Shown here: one piece after another, positions 31,300-44,004 of the stretch
How positions within the stretch are numbered: position 1 is the first letter of the stretch
How the letters are laid out: each line of letters begins with the position of its first letter
Assembly (NCBI GenBank): GCA_964035545.1
Contig: OZ037769.1
Span: 9,826,633-9,890,632, forward strand
Source: Bugula neritina
Lineage: Eukaryota; Animalia; Bryozoa
Reading direction: 5' to 3'
DNA: 64,000 bases
Made by a program: the position numbers and the translations under genes
Notes under the pieces: generated by a model
What the model saw: the letters and a program-made list of their open reading frames with translations, nothing else
The model's database searches: none
Told to the model about the DNA's origin: nothing

Positions 31300-34200
31300 C
31301 ATCATGAGGGGGCCACTCTAAGTGCCCTACAGCATAGTCTGCCAGGTATCTGGGGGGTCTTCGTGACCGCTGGCTCCTCCCAATTGGAGCAGGCGCTGAT
31401 GGTGCCAGTGGCTCCTGGGCTACCCTAGTAGGGAGGTCCCCGCCTTCACCCAACACGTGGGTGGGGGTGTCCTCCCCCAGAGAGGGTGGTGGTGGTCCTA
31501 GGGCTTGCTGCTGTTCTTGCTCCTACTCCTCTCTTTGCTGTTGCTCCAGCTGCTTCAGCAAGGCGGCCTGCTCCTGGTCCGCCTCTCTAGGGACCACAAT
31601 TTCCACCTCTCGGGGCTGGGTGGCCTGTCCTCGACGGTTGGGCTGGCGGTGGGGCTCCAGGAGGGGTGGAGCCTGACCCACCGCGTCTGGGCTGGCATGG
31701 TAAGGTTTCAAGCGCTGTTCGCTCTGGACTGAGACCTGTCCAGAGCGCTCCACACGGTACGTGTGGTTGGGCAGCACCTGCACTACACAGTAGGGACCGA
31801 CGAACTTGGGCTGAAGCTTAGCCGACTGTCCGCGTCACCTACGGTAGCTCACCATCCAGATCCAGTCTCCCACCTGGTACAACGGGGGCTATTCTAAGTC
31901 CTCTGTGCAGGTCTGCCACTGCGTGTACACAGTGCATCATGAGCTTTGCCCATGATGTCTATCATACCCTCCACGTATTCGTGTACCGGTGATTCGGGGG
32001 CAGGAACATGGTATGTCAGGTGTTCCGGAACCCGCGTCTTTCGGCCTAGCATCAGAAATTTTGGGGTCTCCTGCGTGGCGGAGTGTGGTGTGCTGCGGTA
32101 AGCTTGCATGATTTGCTGCAGCACCACGTCCCATTCTTCCTGACCTCGACCAAGGAGCAGGCTCCTGAGGGCGTCACCTAACATCCTGTTGTTCCGCTCG
32201 ACGACTCCGTTCCCTTGCGGGTGATATGGGGTTAACCCCTATATCCGGCAGAGGTCTCCCATGAGCTGGGACTGGAACTGGGCACCCTGGTCCGTATGTA
32301 TCTGCTCGGGCAAACCGAGGTAACAGAACACATGTTGGTCCAGGGTCCAGGCCACTGTGGGGGCTGTTGCGTCTGGAATAGCCAGAGCATCTGCCCACCG
32401 AGTAAAGTGGTCCATGAGCACCAGTATCCAGGTGTTCCTTCTGGCGGATAACGGCATAGGCCCGACGAGGTCTACCGCTACTACTTGCCACGGTCGACCA
32501 GCGAACAGCCGGCGTCGACCAGTGGTTTCCGTGGGGCGGCCATGCTTGCTAGCTTGGCAGACCTTGCATTGCCGTACCCGCAGTCGTACGTCCCGAGTCA
32601 TTCCGGGCCAATACCAACGCAGCCGCAGACACCTGATGACCCGACTGACTCCAGAATGAGCCTGCTTATGGGTGTCCCAGATCAGTTCTCGCCAGAGGGC
32701 GCGTGGGCAAACGACGCGGTCCCTCTCCTGCTGACAGTTGTCTGCTGCTAACGTTATCGTCAGGAGGCCATCAGGACTGACCTTGAGGGCATCCCAGCGA
32801 CGACAGAGGAGTTGGAACTCAACGTCTTCCTGCCGCTGCTGTTCCTCGCTAGGTCGTCGGCCCTCCTTCTTGGCCCGGAAGATGTCCGCTACCGCTGGGT
32901 AGCGTCTCTTGGAGTCGGCACAGCTCCTTGACGTTCTGGTGCAGAGTAGGGTTGGCGTGGAGCGCCTGGACGCCGTCCTGGTGAGTTTCGGTCCGAAGAT
33001 GGCCGTGCTCCCACCGGTAGACGGTGCCCTTCACTAACTCTGTATCCACGTCAAGGCGAGCGGGTCCCCCGTCCCGCTGCTCAATGTGTAGGCATTGCTT
33101 ACAGTCCTCTACCGGCCGGCGGCTCATGCCGTCGGCGTTCCCATGCTTCCGGCCTGCACAGTGCTCTATCCGGTAAGAGAACTCGGCAAAATTCTCTAGC
33201 TAACGAGCTACCTGGCTTGAGGGCTCTGCACGTTTACACAGCCATATCAGTGATGCATGGTCTGTTTGCAAATGGAACGTTCTCCCATACAGACAGGGCC
33301 GAAAGTGCTTGACCGCCTTGACTACTGCTATGAGTTCCTTCCTAGTGGTGCAGTAGTTCTTCTCGGCGGCCGTGAGAGTTTTGCTGTAGTAATCCACGAC
33401 CACCCCACTTCCACCCTGAACTTGGGACAGAACAGCTCCCACACTGTGGTCGCTGGCGTCAGTGTCCAGGATGTACTCTTTGGCTGGATCAGGATACGCC
33501 AGGATTGGCGCCTCCGTTAGCCATTGCTTGAGGTGACCGAATGCCTGCTGTTCCTCCTGTGTCCACTGCCACCGGACTCCCTTCGCGGTCAGCCGATTTA
33601 ACGGCTGAGCCACCCCTGCGAACCCAAGTATGTACTGCCGGTAGTACCCTTCTAGGCCCAGGAATGCACGCAACTCAGGGAGGTCACGGGGGATAGTCCA
33701 CTCCTTCACAGCCTGTACCTTCTCCGGGTCGGTAGCAACCCTATCACGGCCAACCACATGGCCCAGGTACGTGACTTCCGGCTGCAGGAGTGCACACTTG
33801 GAGGGCTTCAGCTTCAGTCCAGCTGCCCGGAGACGGTCAAAGACCTCCCGCAGATGACTGACATGAGTCGAAAAGTCTGGGGAGATGACAATGACATCAT
33901 CTAGATAAATGAGGAGGGTCTTCCAGTGTAACCCACTGAGGACCTGCTTCATGAGCCGTTGAAAAGTTGGCGGGGCGGACGTTAGTCCAAATGGCAGTAC
34001 TTTCCACTTCCAGAGCCCGTCGCGAGTGATGAACGCTGCTTTGTCCTGGGCGTCAGGACTGAGGGGTACTTGCCAATACCCGCTAAGCAGATCCAAAGTA
34101 CTGAAGTACTTGCTACCCGCGAGGGCATCCAGAGACTCATCTATCCGTAGGAGAGGGTAGGCGTCCTGGATGGTAACACTGTTGAGTCTGCGGTAGTCCA

Positions 34201-35690
34201 CGCAGAATCTCCAGCTACCATCCTTCTTCTTGAACAGGACTACTGGAGAGCTCCACGCACCGTGGGCAGGCTCAATCAGATCCCGGTCGAGAAGATCCTC
34301 CTTCTCCTTCTTCGGGCCTAGACGCCGGGTAGGCTGCCTGATGGGAGTGGTGCCAGTTGCCAGGAGTATCTCGTGGGATATAACCTTAGTCAGCCCCATG
34401 TCTCTATCGCCACGACTGAAGACATCACTGTACTTCGCAAGTAGTTGAGCCAGTACTTGGCGTTCAGTACTACTCGTACAGTTTCCACATGCTCCACCAT
34501 ACAGGTCAGCCATATGCCCCGGGACTTCTCCTCATCTGGTGCCAGGGGGGTTTTCCTGGCTGTCGGCCACTGTCTCCAGTGCCGGACCCACATCCGCCTC
34601 CTGGATGGATTGGTACTTCCCCATCAGCGCTCCGGTCGATAATCGGACAGGTTCCGTGAAGGGGTTGATGCACTGCACGAGGAGCTCTTGCCGACAATCT
34701 AACCAATTCAGGCTGTTTGCTAGTCGGATCGCTCCGTGCGTTCCCTCAACCACCCTCAGGCCGGCGATCCTCTTGCAGTTGACTCTGCAGCGAAGAGTCG
34801 CCTGGGATCTCCCTGGAACCGTGCAGTCCCGCACTACCTGGACTCTGCCCACCAAGGGCCTGCCGAACTTGTCAACACAGACAAGTTCCTTCCCAGCCAT
34901 CACCACCACTGACTTCTGGAAATCCATGTGACACTGGTGTTTCTCCAGAAACGGCATTCCCAGGATGGCGTCCTCCTTCAGCTGGCTGACTATGAACGTT
35001 TCGTGAATTGCTTGATCACGGACGCGTCCAGGTAGTGAAATGACGCCGTAGAAAGGAATGCATGATCCGTCCGCCAACGTACCATGCGCACCTTCATACG
35101 GCTTGAGGCTCGCCCGCTCTCGTGCACCAAGAGTGTCAAAGAGACGCCTACTCAGCAGGTTGGTAGTGCACCCAGTATCCAGTAGGAATGTGGCAGCTTT
35201 ACCCGAAATTTTTCCAAGCAGGAATTAGCTGCTTCCATACGGCTGGGTGCTCTTGGAGCGGTCAGTCTCTGGGGGAGACACAACTTGGGTCCGCACAGCG
35301 GGCCTCCTCTTTGTCTTAGAGACAACGGGGGTTTTCTGAGGTCGGGAGGGTAGCTTGGGGTACTCTTGCGAGTAAGCTGAATCTTCCTTCACAACCTCCT
35401 CGGGCAACCCCGCGAGCCGGTTACAGAGTGGCCAGGCCGGAGGATCGGGTAGACCTTGCGGTCTCCAAGATCTCCGAGGTGCCTGCCATCCTGCTTCTTC
35501 TAGCTGCATCCGGGTCTCGAGTGGCACAGCAGGAGGATCGGGTAGACCTTTCGGTCTCCGAGATCTCCATGGTGCCTGCCACTCAGTATCGGCAGACTCT
35601 GTGGAGGTCTCTTCTGTTACCCTCCGAGTCCTATGCCGGACGGGATTAGCGTGAGGCCCACGGGTGGTGGAAGTTACCGTGAGCCTTGGG
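31300..35690 (-). pseudogene. pol: Gypsy A pol (PR-RT-RH-IN) with stops and frameshifts; RT/RH block 33200-34513
   Basis: ORFs 34532-35077, 33200-34513, 32239-32601, 31894-32184 and 31523-31783. Lacks 6 aa (VSRQVQ) relative to Gypsy B. Confidence 0.95.
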
Positions 35691-36027
35691 TGTTTAAAGG
35701 CTTCTGTCCCTTAGGGCAGTGCCTTCTCACATGACCTTGCATCCCGCACTCCCAACAGGTGGGCAGATAGGGGCGGACAGGGTTGTCCCGCGATCGGGGA
35801 GCCCGCCTGTCCGTCTGGTTGCGCTGCAACTCCGACACCGTAGCCTGCAGGTGAGCTGCGTCTGCTCAGGCGATGGAGTTGCCGCTGCCGCCACCTGTGG
35901 GGTTGAAGGTGGGGGTGCCTCTTCTTCCCCTTTGGCCACCTGGCGAGCTGTGTAGCTTGTCCTCTGAGGCTCTTCCACTTGGAAGTAAGCCATCCCCATC
36001 TCCAGCGCTTCTTCTATACTGCTGACC
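35674..36027 (-). pseudogene. gag: Gypsy A gag 3' fragment
   Basis: VSSIEEALEMGMAYFQ aligns to Gypsy B gag VETMEKALRLGNAYFQ. CCHC knuckle follows a frameshift; stop TAA at 35674-35676. Confidence 0.85.
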
Positions 36028-36207
36028 TATTTTTATGCATAATCATAATAATCAATTGTTTCACTTATTGTAATAATTTTAGTTTTTTCTTGTATATATA
36101 TTTTAGTAATAAATCACGGCTTCGGCCTCTTCCGTTAATCAACTAACTTGAGCACATTCTTTCTTTTTCACGATAGCTGAAACAATAACACAAAACAACA
36201 CAAAACA
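36028..36207 (+). mobile_element. 5'-truncated, diverged LTR of the Gypsy E (Mag-like) family
   Basis: Reverse complement aligns to 55633-55810 (shared TTTCAGCTATCGTGAAAA, AAGAGGCCGAAGCCGTGATTTATTAC). Ends ...AAAACA with no PBS following. Confidence 0.9.
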
Positions 36208-36560
36208 CCATTAGGCATAAAATCTGAAATCATTTTAATGAGACACGAAATTTGCAACATTTTTTAAAATTCTTGTATTGAGCAGCTGCTTCGTCAAAAT
36301 TATTAATTGTTTTTCAATTGTGGGAGGCATTTTCTTCCCAATATTCAGCACTGTTTTTTAAAACATGCTGATGGAAACGGTGTCGTGTTGCAAACAGTCA
36401 CTTATTATACACATGCAGTAAATAGGTTAGATCTCCCAATCTTCAACAGGATATGCCACAGAGGGGTTTACGGTAGCTTGGGAATTTTCCCAGTCAAACC
36501 ACTGTACTGCATTGTAACAATTAGTCCTTCGAAACCAAGAATTCTCAGGCCATAGCATTT
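36208..36560 (-). pseudogene. Decayed Sola-like DNA transposase fragment
   Basis: Minus-strand translation across frames: NAVQWFDWENSQATVNPSVAY ... CIISDCLQHDT ... FDEAAAQYKNFK ... NFVSH*NDFRFYA*W. This matches a recalled transposase motif series (Q-x-HW-x-SQAT, ISD-x3-HD, SDG-x3-QYKN, DF-x4-AEW); the Sola assignment is from memory. Confidence 0.7.
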
Positions 36561-37901
36561 CAAATTTATGCACTTAAATATTTTCGTAAGAATTTCTGGT
36601 TTATCAAGAAATTGAGAAAAATTTGTCTAATTTACTATACATTTAGTTAAAGAAACAAATGCTAAAGCCCGCTTCTCTCTTTCCACAGTTAGTTTAAGGT
36701 CATGCTTTTCAGTTTCTGGCTCTTTGCCAGGTGCTTTATGTTCTATATGAACAATGTTCCACTGATAGCTCGAACAGGTTGAATGTCACAAGAACAAAAA
36801 AAATATGAAAAGATAAAAAAATTTATGTTCTCCAATATACTTTTTTATTTTTTTCAAAAGCCAATTCATGTTTAAGTTATAGCTTGTTGAAAAAACTAGT
36901 CCCCCTTCCACATTCTTTTTAATTTATACGCTCCTGACTTGTTATTGTGTCTCAATATGCCTTGTATTTGAGTGCTCGTTAGTCTCGCTTCACTAACTTT
37001 GCCTATACTTCACAAGTGCCAGTGCTGCTGGCTCAAAAGCTAAATGTTATAAACTGTCAGCTAAAACCCGATCTAGTATTCCTAGGTTGGTTGGCCCACA
37101 TAAAACAATAGTCAAATCATGATTTCATGTTTTAAAAGTTTACTCAATTCTAACCTGCTGCCTAGCTAGTTCTATTTTTGATGTATAATTACGGAATTTG
37201 TGATACATTTTTTTGGCAACCATCCGAGTTATAAAATGCAGTAATGGTACTTATAATATTATATTATTATCATTATAATATATTATATAGTATTATGTGT
37301 GTTTTTATTATACTGCATAATATATATTTTATTATTGTTGTTGTGCAAACAAGTGCAATTAACCTAGTTTTCAAAATGTACCTCTAAATTATCAGCATAT
37401 CAGTTTAGATATTTTCCTACTTTGCTAGGTAAACCTAAAAAAAGAGGCTGTATTCCCAAAGTAAAGGGTGTTGAACTATGAACTATATTATATTAGCCAC
37501 TCTGCTACCAAGTGCATCAGTATAATGTTATATCAATAGCTCTGATGCTGTGTCTCCAGTGGCTGGCTGCGATATGATAACTTGACCAGCTTCCAAGAGT
37601 TTAAAATTGGCGCAATTATTCAAGAGGTTACATACTGCACAGAGCTAGCAGTGATAGTAACCTTGCTATTGACAGTACTTATTACAACTGCTAGCATATA
37701 AGCTGCATTGTAGAATGCTGTTGGGGTAGGCTAGTAAAACCAAATTCTGCTCTCTATAATACCTTAGACACAATGCAGCAACATAATTTTTAGTTTCAAA
37801 TTACATTGCCACCCTTACATGAGCTGTGGGCTTCATAAAGATTCATATGATTGGAGAGTTATGCTATAGGCCCTACCTGTGCTAGCGTATGATGAAAATA
37901 A

Positions 37902-38320
37902 TGTAATGGATTTTAGTGGTGCAATTAGTGTTAGCTATTATATTGAAAGGGTCGACTCTATATTGTATGCTATTGTGGAGATCGACTACATCGACCTCCA
38001 GCAACTTGTATCTATGGTCGACAGTGGCACCACTGGTAACAACCAATCAGGACTGACATACTAATTGATAGCAGGTGGAGCTAGCTACTCGTAGTGGAAG
38101 CGCGCTGAGTAGCTAGCCAGGCAGAGCAGCTTGGGACTTCATTTAGAGTAGTTGTGTGTAAATGCTCACTAATTATGTAATCGTTTCACTTCATGTTAGC
38201 AGTAATTAGAACCTCTTGTATCTTGTAAATAATAAACTTATCATAACGTAAATAACCTGGTGTAGTGGCTTTGTTTAAGTTGACTCACACATAATATAGT
38301 GAAGTGTGAAATTCACTACA
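37902..38320 (+). repeat. Gypsy B 5' LTR (about 419 bp)
   Basis: TG...CA with an imperfect 12-bp terminal inverted repeat. The 3' ~300 bp matches 60905-61208. Contains AATAAA. The 5' boundary is inferred from the inverted repeat. Confidence 0.85.
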
Positions 38321-38321
38321 G

Positions 38322-38339
38322 TGGTGGCAGCGGTGGGAT
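38322..38339 (+). promoter_or_regulatory. Primer-binding site, tRNA-Leu
   Basis: TGGTGGCAGCGGTGGGAT one base after the LTR; complement of the tRNA-Leu(AAG)-type 3' end ...ATCCCACCGCTGCCACCA. Confidence 0.9.
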
Positions 38340-38381
38340 CTTACTTAATACAAATGCTCCTAGTCAGGGAGTAGAAAGAAG

Positions 38382-39254
38382 ATGGCCGACAAGGACGACG
38401 TGCCCAGACAGGAACCGGCAGCAGTAGAAGAGGATCACATAGGCGGCCCAGCGCTGCCTATGGACAGGTACCACTTGCAGGCTCCCATCTTCTCAGGGGA
38501 AGAAGATGTGGAGCAATTCATCACTGAGTTTAGTGATGTGGCGGCCATCTGCAGATGGCCGAATAGGGTTACTCTGATCCAGCTGCGGTTATGTCTGACA
38601 GGGCCGGCTAAACCCTATGGGATAAGCCAGAATGTCGGTGACATATTTGAAGCATTACGAGCTCGGTTTGGATTAACCGCTCGAGATGCTTGCGTGCAAC
38701 TCCAGGGACTTGGGAGAAATCCTAAGACCAACCTGCGAGAGCATGCTACGGCAGTCGAACGACTGGCACAAGTCGCCTACGGCGACTTGCCTGCTGATAG
38801 TCGACAGAGCCTAGCACTGGATGCATTCCTCCAGTCTATTAACAACCTCGGCCTGAAACAGCATTTGCTGGTGGCCAAAGTTGAGACTATGGAGAAAGCT
38901 CTAAGGCTTGGGAATGCCTATTTCCAAACCGACAGTGCGAGTCGACCTGGTGCGACAATACGGCAGGTCGGAGCAGACGACGACACGTCGACGTCGCCGG
39001 CGAAGACAGCTGTACATGTCGCCTCGGCAGCAGCAGGCGAATCGACTAGCTTGACCACAAGCTTGGTTCGAGAACTGCTAGCCAAGATCAGGTAACTGCG
39101 CCAGCAGTCGACAGCCGAGCGACCCAGGAGGTCGTCGGTAGCTGTCGACAACAGGCGCCGCCCCATATGCTGGGGTTGTGGTAGTGGTGGGCACTTCATA
39201 CGAAGTTGCCCCCGCGGTAGTGGGAGGCAGTTAAACAGCAATGGCCCACGGTAA
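38382..39254 (+). pseudogene. gag: Gypsy B gag with premature stop at 39093-39095
   Basis: 237-aa capsid-like ORF; the same frame continues to CWGCGSGGHFIRSC and TAA at 39252. Confidence 0.9.
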
Positions 39255-42200
39255 CTTCCGCCGACCGTGGGCCCCAGTTTAACCCCCAAAGGCAGAGGCC
39301 AAGGCCCAAGCCCCGCCGGGTGAGGAGGTCGCCTTCGCCAGAGTGGCAAGCCCCAAGGAGAGTTAGTAGGCCGCAAGGCCCACCCAAACCTCCGGCTTGG
39401 GCACTCAAAAACCGCTTTGAAGGTTTGCTTGATAAGGGAGTGAACGACGAGTAGGAGCACAACAGGGATTTTCCTCGGTTGCCCACACGAGCATCAGTCC
39501 GATAATTCACTCGGCCGCCCGTGTGTGAGCAAGACCGAGATGTAACCTGTTTGCCCACGCGACGTCGACGACCCCCTCGCAACCGAAAAGCACAGGTGCA
39601 TCCCCAACTCCATGCACATGAGGTGTCGCCTCAAGAGACGAACTGCTTAGTGAGCGCTCAGCCATATGGAAGCAGCTATTTCCTCCCCAGCAAACCTGCT
39701 GGCAAAGCTGTCACATTCCTGTTGGATACTGGGTGCACCACAAACCTACTGAGTCGGCGTCTATTCAACACTCTCAGTGCCAGGGACAGGGCTAGCCTAG
39801 AGCCATATGAAGGGGAACACGGCACGTTGGCGGACGGGTCGTGTATTCCTTTTTATGGGGTAATCCAGTTGACTGGTAGAGTCCGTGATCAGACGATCAG
39901 TGAGACCTTCATCTTCAGTCAACTCAAGGAAGACGCCATCTTGGGCATGTCATTTCTGAAGCGACACAGGTGCTACATCAACTTTAGCAAGTCGGCGGTA
40001 GTGATGGCCGGGCGTGAGCTGGCCTGTGTCGACCGATTTGGCCGACCCTTGGTGGGGGGAGTGCAGGTGGTACAGCGTTGCACTGTAACTGGGCGCTCCC
40101 GGGCTACAGTTCGCTGCAGAGTGAACTGTACGGAAATCTCTGAGTTAGGAGTGGTGGATGGTGTACTGGGGGGCGTCCAGCTCGCTAACAGTCTGAATAG
40201 GCTGGACGAGCGGGGGGAGTTCCTAGTCCAGTGCGTAAACCCTTTCACGGAGTCGGTAGAATTGCCGGCTGGGTCTCTAGGGGGGAAGTTCCACTCTGTA
40301 CAGGAAGAGGATGTAAGGCCCACGCTGAAGACGGCGGACAAAGCCCGTGGGGTACCCACTAGAAACGGCAGGGGGCCGGTGCCTGAACACGTAGCGGAGT
40401 TGTACGAGGATGCCTGTGATGGCTGTGAGAGCAAGCGAGAACGCCTGGTGATGGCGCGGCTACTCTCTGAGTACAAAGACGTGTTTAGTTGCGGCGACCA
40501 TGACATGGGTCTGACTAAGACTGTCTGTCATGAGATACCCCTGGCGGCGGGGACGGCGCCCATCCGGCAGCCGACCCGCCGGTTAGGTCCTGAGAAGGAG
40601 AGAGAAGTGAGCCGTCAGGTGCAAGACCTTCTGAACCGGGACCTGATTGAGCCAGGCCATGGGGCCTGAAGTTTTCCAGTCGTCCTAGTTCGGAAAAAGG
40701 ATGGGAGCTGGAGGTTTTGCGTTGATTATCGCAGGCTGAACAGCGTGACCATTCAGGACGCTTACCCTCTTCCTAAGATCGATGAGTCGCTCGATGCCTT
40801 AGCTGGTAGCAAGTTCTTCAGCACGTTGGACTTGCTAAGCGGGTATTTGCAGGTGCCCCTGAGTCCTGAAGCACAGGACAAGGCTGCGTTCATAACGCGG
40901 GATGGGCTCTGGAAATGGAAGGTGTTGCCATTCGGACTTGCGTCCGCACCGGCCACCTTCCAGCGACTCATGGAGCAGGTCCTGAGTGGGCTGCACTGGA
41001 AGACCTTGCTCATTTATCTTGATGATGTCATTGTCATCTCCCCCGACTTCGACACACATGTCAGTCGACTCTGGGAGGTGTTTGGCAGACTTCGAGCTGC
41101 TGGTCTGAAGCTCAAGCCCTCTAAGTGTGCATTACTGCAACGCGAGGTTAAGTACCTGGGCCATGTAGTTGGTCGAGACGGGGTCGCCACCGACCCCGAG
41201 AAGGTGCGGGTTGTGAGGGATTGGGCTGTTCCGGTCGACCTCCCTGAATTGCGGGCATTCCTGGGACTGGTAAGGTACTATCGTCAGTACATGCCAGACT
41301 TCGCCGGAATTGCACAGCCGTTAAATCGGCTGACAGCAAAAGGGGTGCGATGGCAGTGGACACAGGCCGAGCAGAAGGCATTTGACCACCTGAAGGATCG
41401 CCTGGTGGAAGCACCCATCTTGGCGTATCCTGACCCTGCGAAGGAGTACATTTTGGATACTGATGCCAGTAACCATAATGTGGGGGCTGTGCTGTCGCAA
41501 GTCCAAGATGGTCGCGAGGTGGTGGTGGCTTACTATAGCAAAGCCCTGTCGGCGCCTGAGGAGAACTACTGTACAACCAGGAGGAAACTCTTGGCAGTAG
41601 TCAAGGCGGTCAAACACTTTAGACCATATCTATATGGGCGTACATTCCGGCTTCGGACGGACCATGCGTCTTTGATATGGCTGTGTCGACAGGCGGAACC
41701 ATCAAGCCAAGTAGCGCGCTGGCTAGAGATCCTGGCAGAGTTTTCTTATCGGATCGAACATCGACCCGGTAAGAAACACGGTAATGCCGATGGACTCAGC
41801 CGCTGCCAGGCAGATGGGTGTAAGCAATGCCAGAATATGGAGCGCAGGGATGGTGGACCCCCTCGCTCGGACGTTGAAGCGCAGTTGGGGAAAGCGGGTG
41901 TATACAGCTGGGAAGAAGGGCAACTCCTGTCCGAATCTCCTAACGAAGCTGTTAACAACCTTCACGCAAAACGCTCAGGAACGTCAGGGAGCTATGTCGG
42001 CTCCAGGCTACACTACCAGGAGTAATAGCTGACCTAGTCCGAGCCAAGAAGGAGAGACGGCAGCCGAGTGAGGCCGAACAGCGAGTGAAGAGCGCAGAGT
42101 TTAAGTACTTCTGTGACCGCTGGGACTCCCTCCGGTTCAACAGCGATGGGCTGCTAACGATAACGTTGGTAGCCGGCACCAATCGCAGTGAACGAGAGAG

Positions 42201-43576
42201 GGTAGTCTGCCCGTCCGCTCTGAGGCGGGAGTTGATCTGGGACACCCATAGGCAAGCTCACGCGGGAGCTAGCCGGGTGACTAGGTGTCTTCAACTCCAG
42301 TGGTTTTGGCCCGGTATGACCCGGGATGTCCGACTCCGGGTGCGGAAGTGCGATGTATGCCAAGCGAGCAAGCATGGCCGCCCCACCGAGACCGCAGGGA
42401 GGTGTCTCCTCCATGCCGGTCGTCCGTGGCAGGTAGTTGCTGTAGATCTGGTAGGCCCCATGCCCACAACAGCGAGAGGTAAAAACTGGATACTGGTACT
42501 AACTGACCATTTCACGCGGTGGGCTGATGCACTGGCTATTCCAGATGCGTCGGCCCCCTCAGTGGCCAGAGCCTTGGATCAGCAGGTGTTCTGCTATTTC
42601 GGTTTGCCGGAGCAGATACACTCTGATCAAAGCGCCCAGTTTCAGTCGCAACTTATGAGCGATCTCTGTAAAATGTGGGGGGTAAACCAGAGTCGGACGA
42701 CCCCGTATCACCCGTAAGGGAACGGGGTTGTGGAGCGGAACAACCGAATGCTAGGGGACTCACTGAGAAGCCTGCTTATCGGTAAGAGCCAGGAAGAGTG
42801 GGACTTGGTGCTGCCGCAGATCATGCGAGCGTACCATAGTACCCCTCACTCCAGTACACTGGAGACCCCTAATTTTCTCATGCTGGGGAGAGAAACCAGG
42901 GTTCCTGAGCACGTAACCTATCATGTTCCGGTTCCCGAGAGCAACGTCCACGATTACGTGGACAAACTCGTAAAACGCATGGGGACGGCTCACGGGGTGC
43001 TACGTGAGCAGCAATGGCAGGTCAGAAGTGGTGACTCTGACGACCCCCCCCTTATACAAAGTAGGAGACTGGGTCTGGATGACCAGTCATCGCCGGCGAC
43101 GCGGACAGGCAGCCAAGTTGCAGCCGAAGTTCGTGGGTCCTTACTGCGTGATTGAGGTGATGCCAAATCACACCTATAAAGTGGAACGGTCTGGACAAGT
43201 GTCAGTCCAGAACGAGGCACGGCTGAAACCTCACTGGGCAAGTCCTGATGCAGCAGGTCAAGCACCTCCTCTCTTAGAGCCCGCTAGATGCCCTCCTATG
43301 AGGGGGCGAGGCATGGCGTATAGAGAGATTGAGGAGACACTGCAAGATCAGGACGGGGCGGCTGACGCGCCGCCTGACCCGCCCCAGCCACCTCCACCCC
43401 AGGAGGAGGAGGAGGCCGACACACCAGAAGACCTGTCTGAGCCGACCCCACCACCTGTGGAGCCGGTCGACAGGCCCATCGCCCCAGATGAGATGGAAAT
43501 TCCTCAAAATCATGAGGAAGAGGCAGCTGGGGGAGGACCACCCGCACTGGTGGACCTCCCGCCCCCGTACTGGTGA
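39230..43576 (+). pseudogene. pol: Gypsy B pol (PR FLLDTG, RT YLDD, RNase H, integrase HHCC-DDE, Pro-rich tail), interrupted by stops and frameshifts
   Basis: ORFs 39521-40669, 40745-42025, 42085-42717, 42730-43155 and 43004-43576. Confidence 0.96.
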
Positions 43577-43930
43577 TACCACTCGTGGTGGAAGAGTCAC
43601 CAGTCGCAGCAAATTCCCCGATACCGTTGGAACGTAGCCAACGTACCAGGGCGCCACCATCTTATTTGAGAGACTTCTTGTGCGACTTGGTCGACACGTA
43701 CCGTATCTTGTAGCGTGTCGACAGGTGCAAAAGAAGTCTGGGGGGCGAGGTAAAGGAAAGAGCGAAGTCAGCTCGCTAGTGAAGGAGGTATTATGTGATC
43801 ACTTTCACTACGAAGAGCGTTCTTTTCTATTTCAACTGCCAACGTGCACGCGCACACTCGGCAGGCTGGCGTACTACTAGAATAATTGAGTGGGCCTAAG
43901 TGACAACTATAACAATAATTCACTCTTCAC

Positions 43931-43948
43931 TGGTGGCAGCAGTGGGAT
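43931..43948 (+). promoter_or_regulatory. Primer-binding site, tRNA-Leu (Gypsy C)
   Basis: TGGTGGCAGCAGTGGGAT, one mismatch to the Gypsy B PBS, one base after the LTR end CA. Confidence 0.88.
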
Positions 43949-44004
43949 CTTTTCTACTAACACTAGACGAACTCCAACTTTAAAGCTAAAACCTAAAACT
44001 AAAG

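Larger units (their letters stand above)
31300..36027 (-). mobile_element. Gypsy A: Ty3/Gypsy internal region, truncated at both ends (no LTRs), degraded; relative of Gypsy B
   Basis: Gag C-terminus with CCHC (CWECGMQGHVRRHC), then protease, RT (YLDD), RNase H (DTDAS...KEL), integrase (VAVDLVG, HTDQG), in Gypsy domain order. Confidence 0.96.
37902..43877 (+). mobile_element. Gypsy B: 5' LTR + PBS + gag + pol, 3' end deleted
   Basis: LTR TGTAATGGATTT...AAATTCACTACA, tRNA-Leu PBS, gag with CCHC, PR-RT-RH-IN. Confidence 0.96.

Noticed and set aside
36560-37900. AT-rich stretch as a possible host gene or further transposon sequence
   Set aside because: No ORF, termini or motifs that I can support; left unannotated.
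32174-43880. Antisense and alternative-frame ORFs over Gypsy A and B (e.g. 38918-39460, 39973-40506, 41148-41576)
   Set aside because: Shadow ORFs of GC-rich gag/pol with no recognisable motifs.
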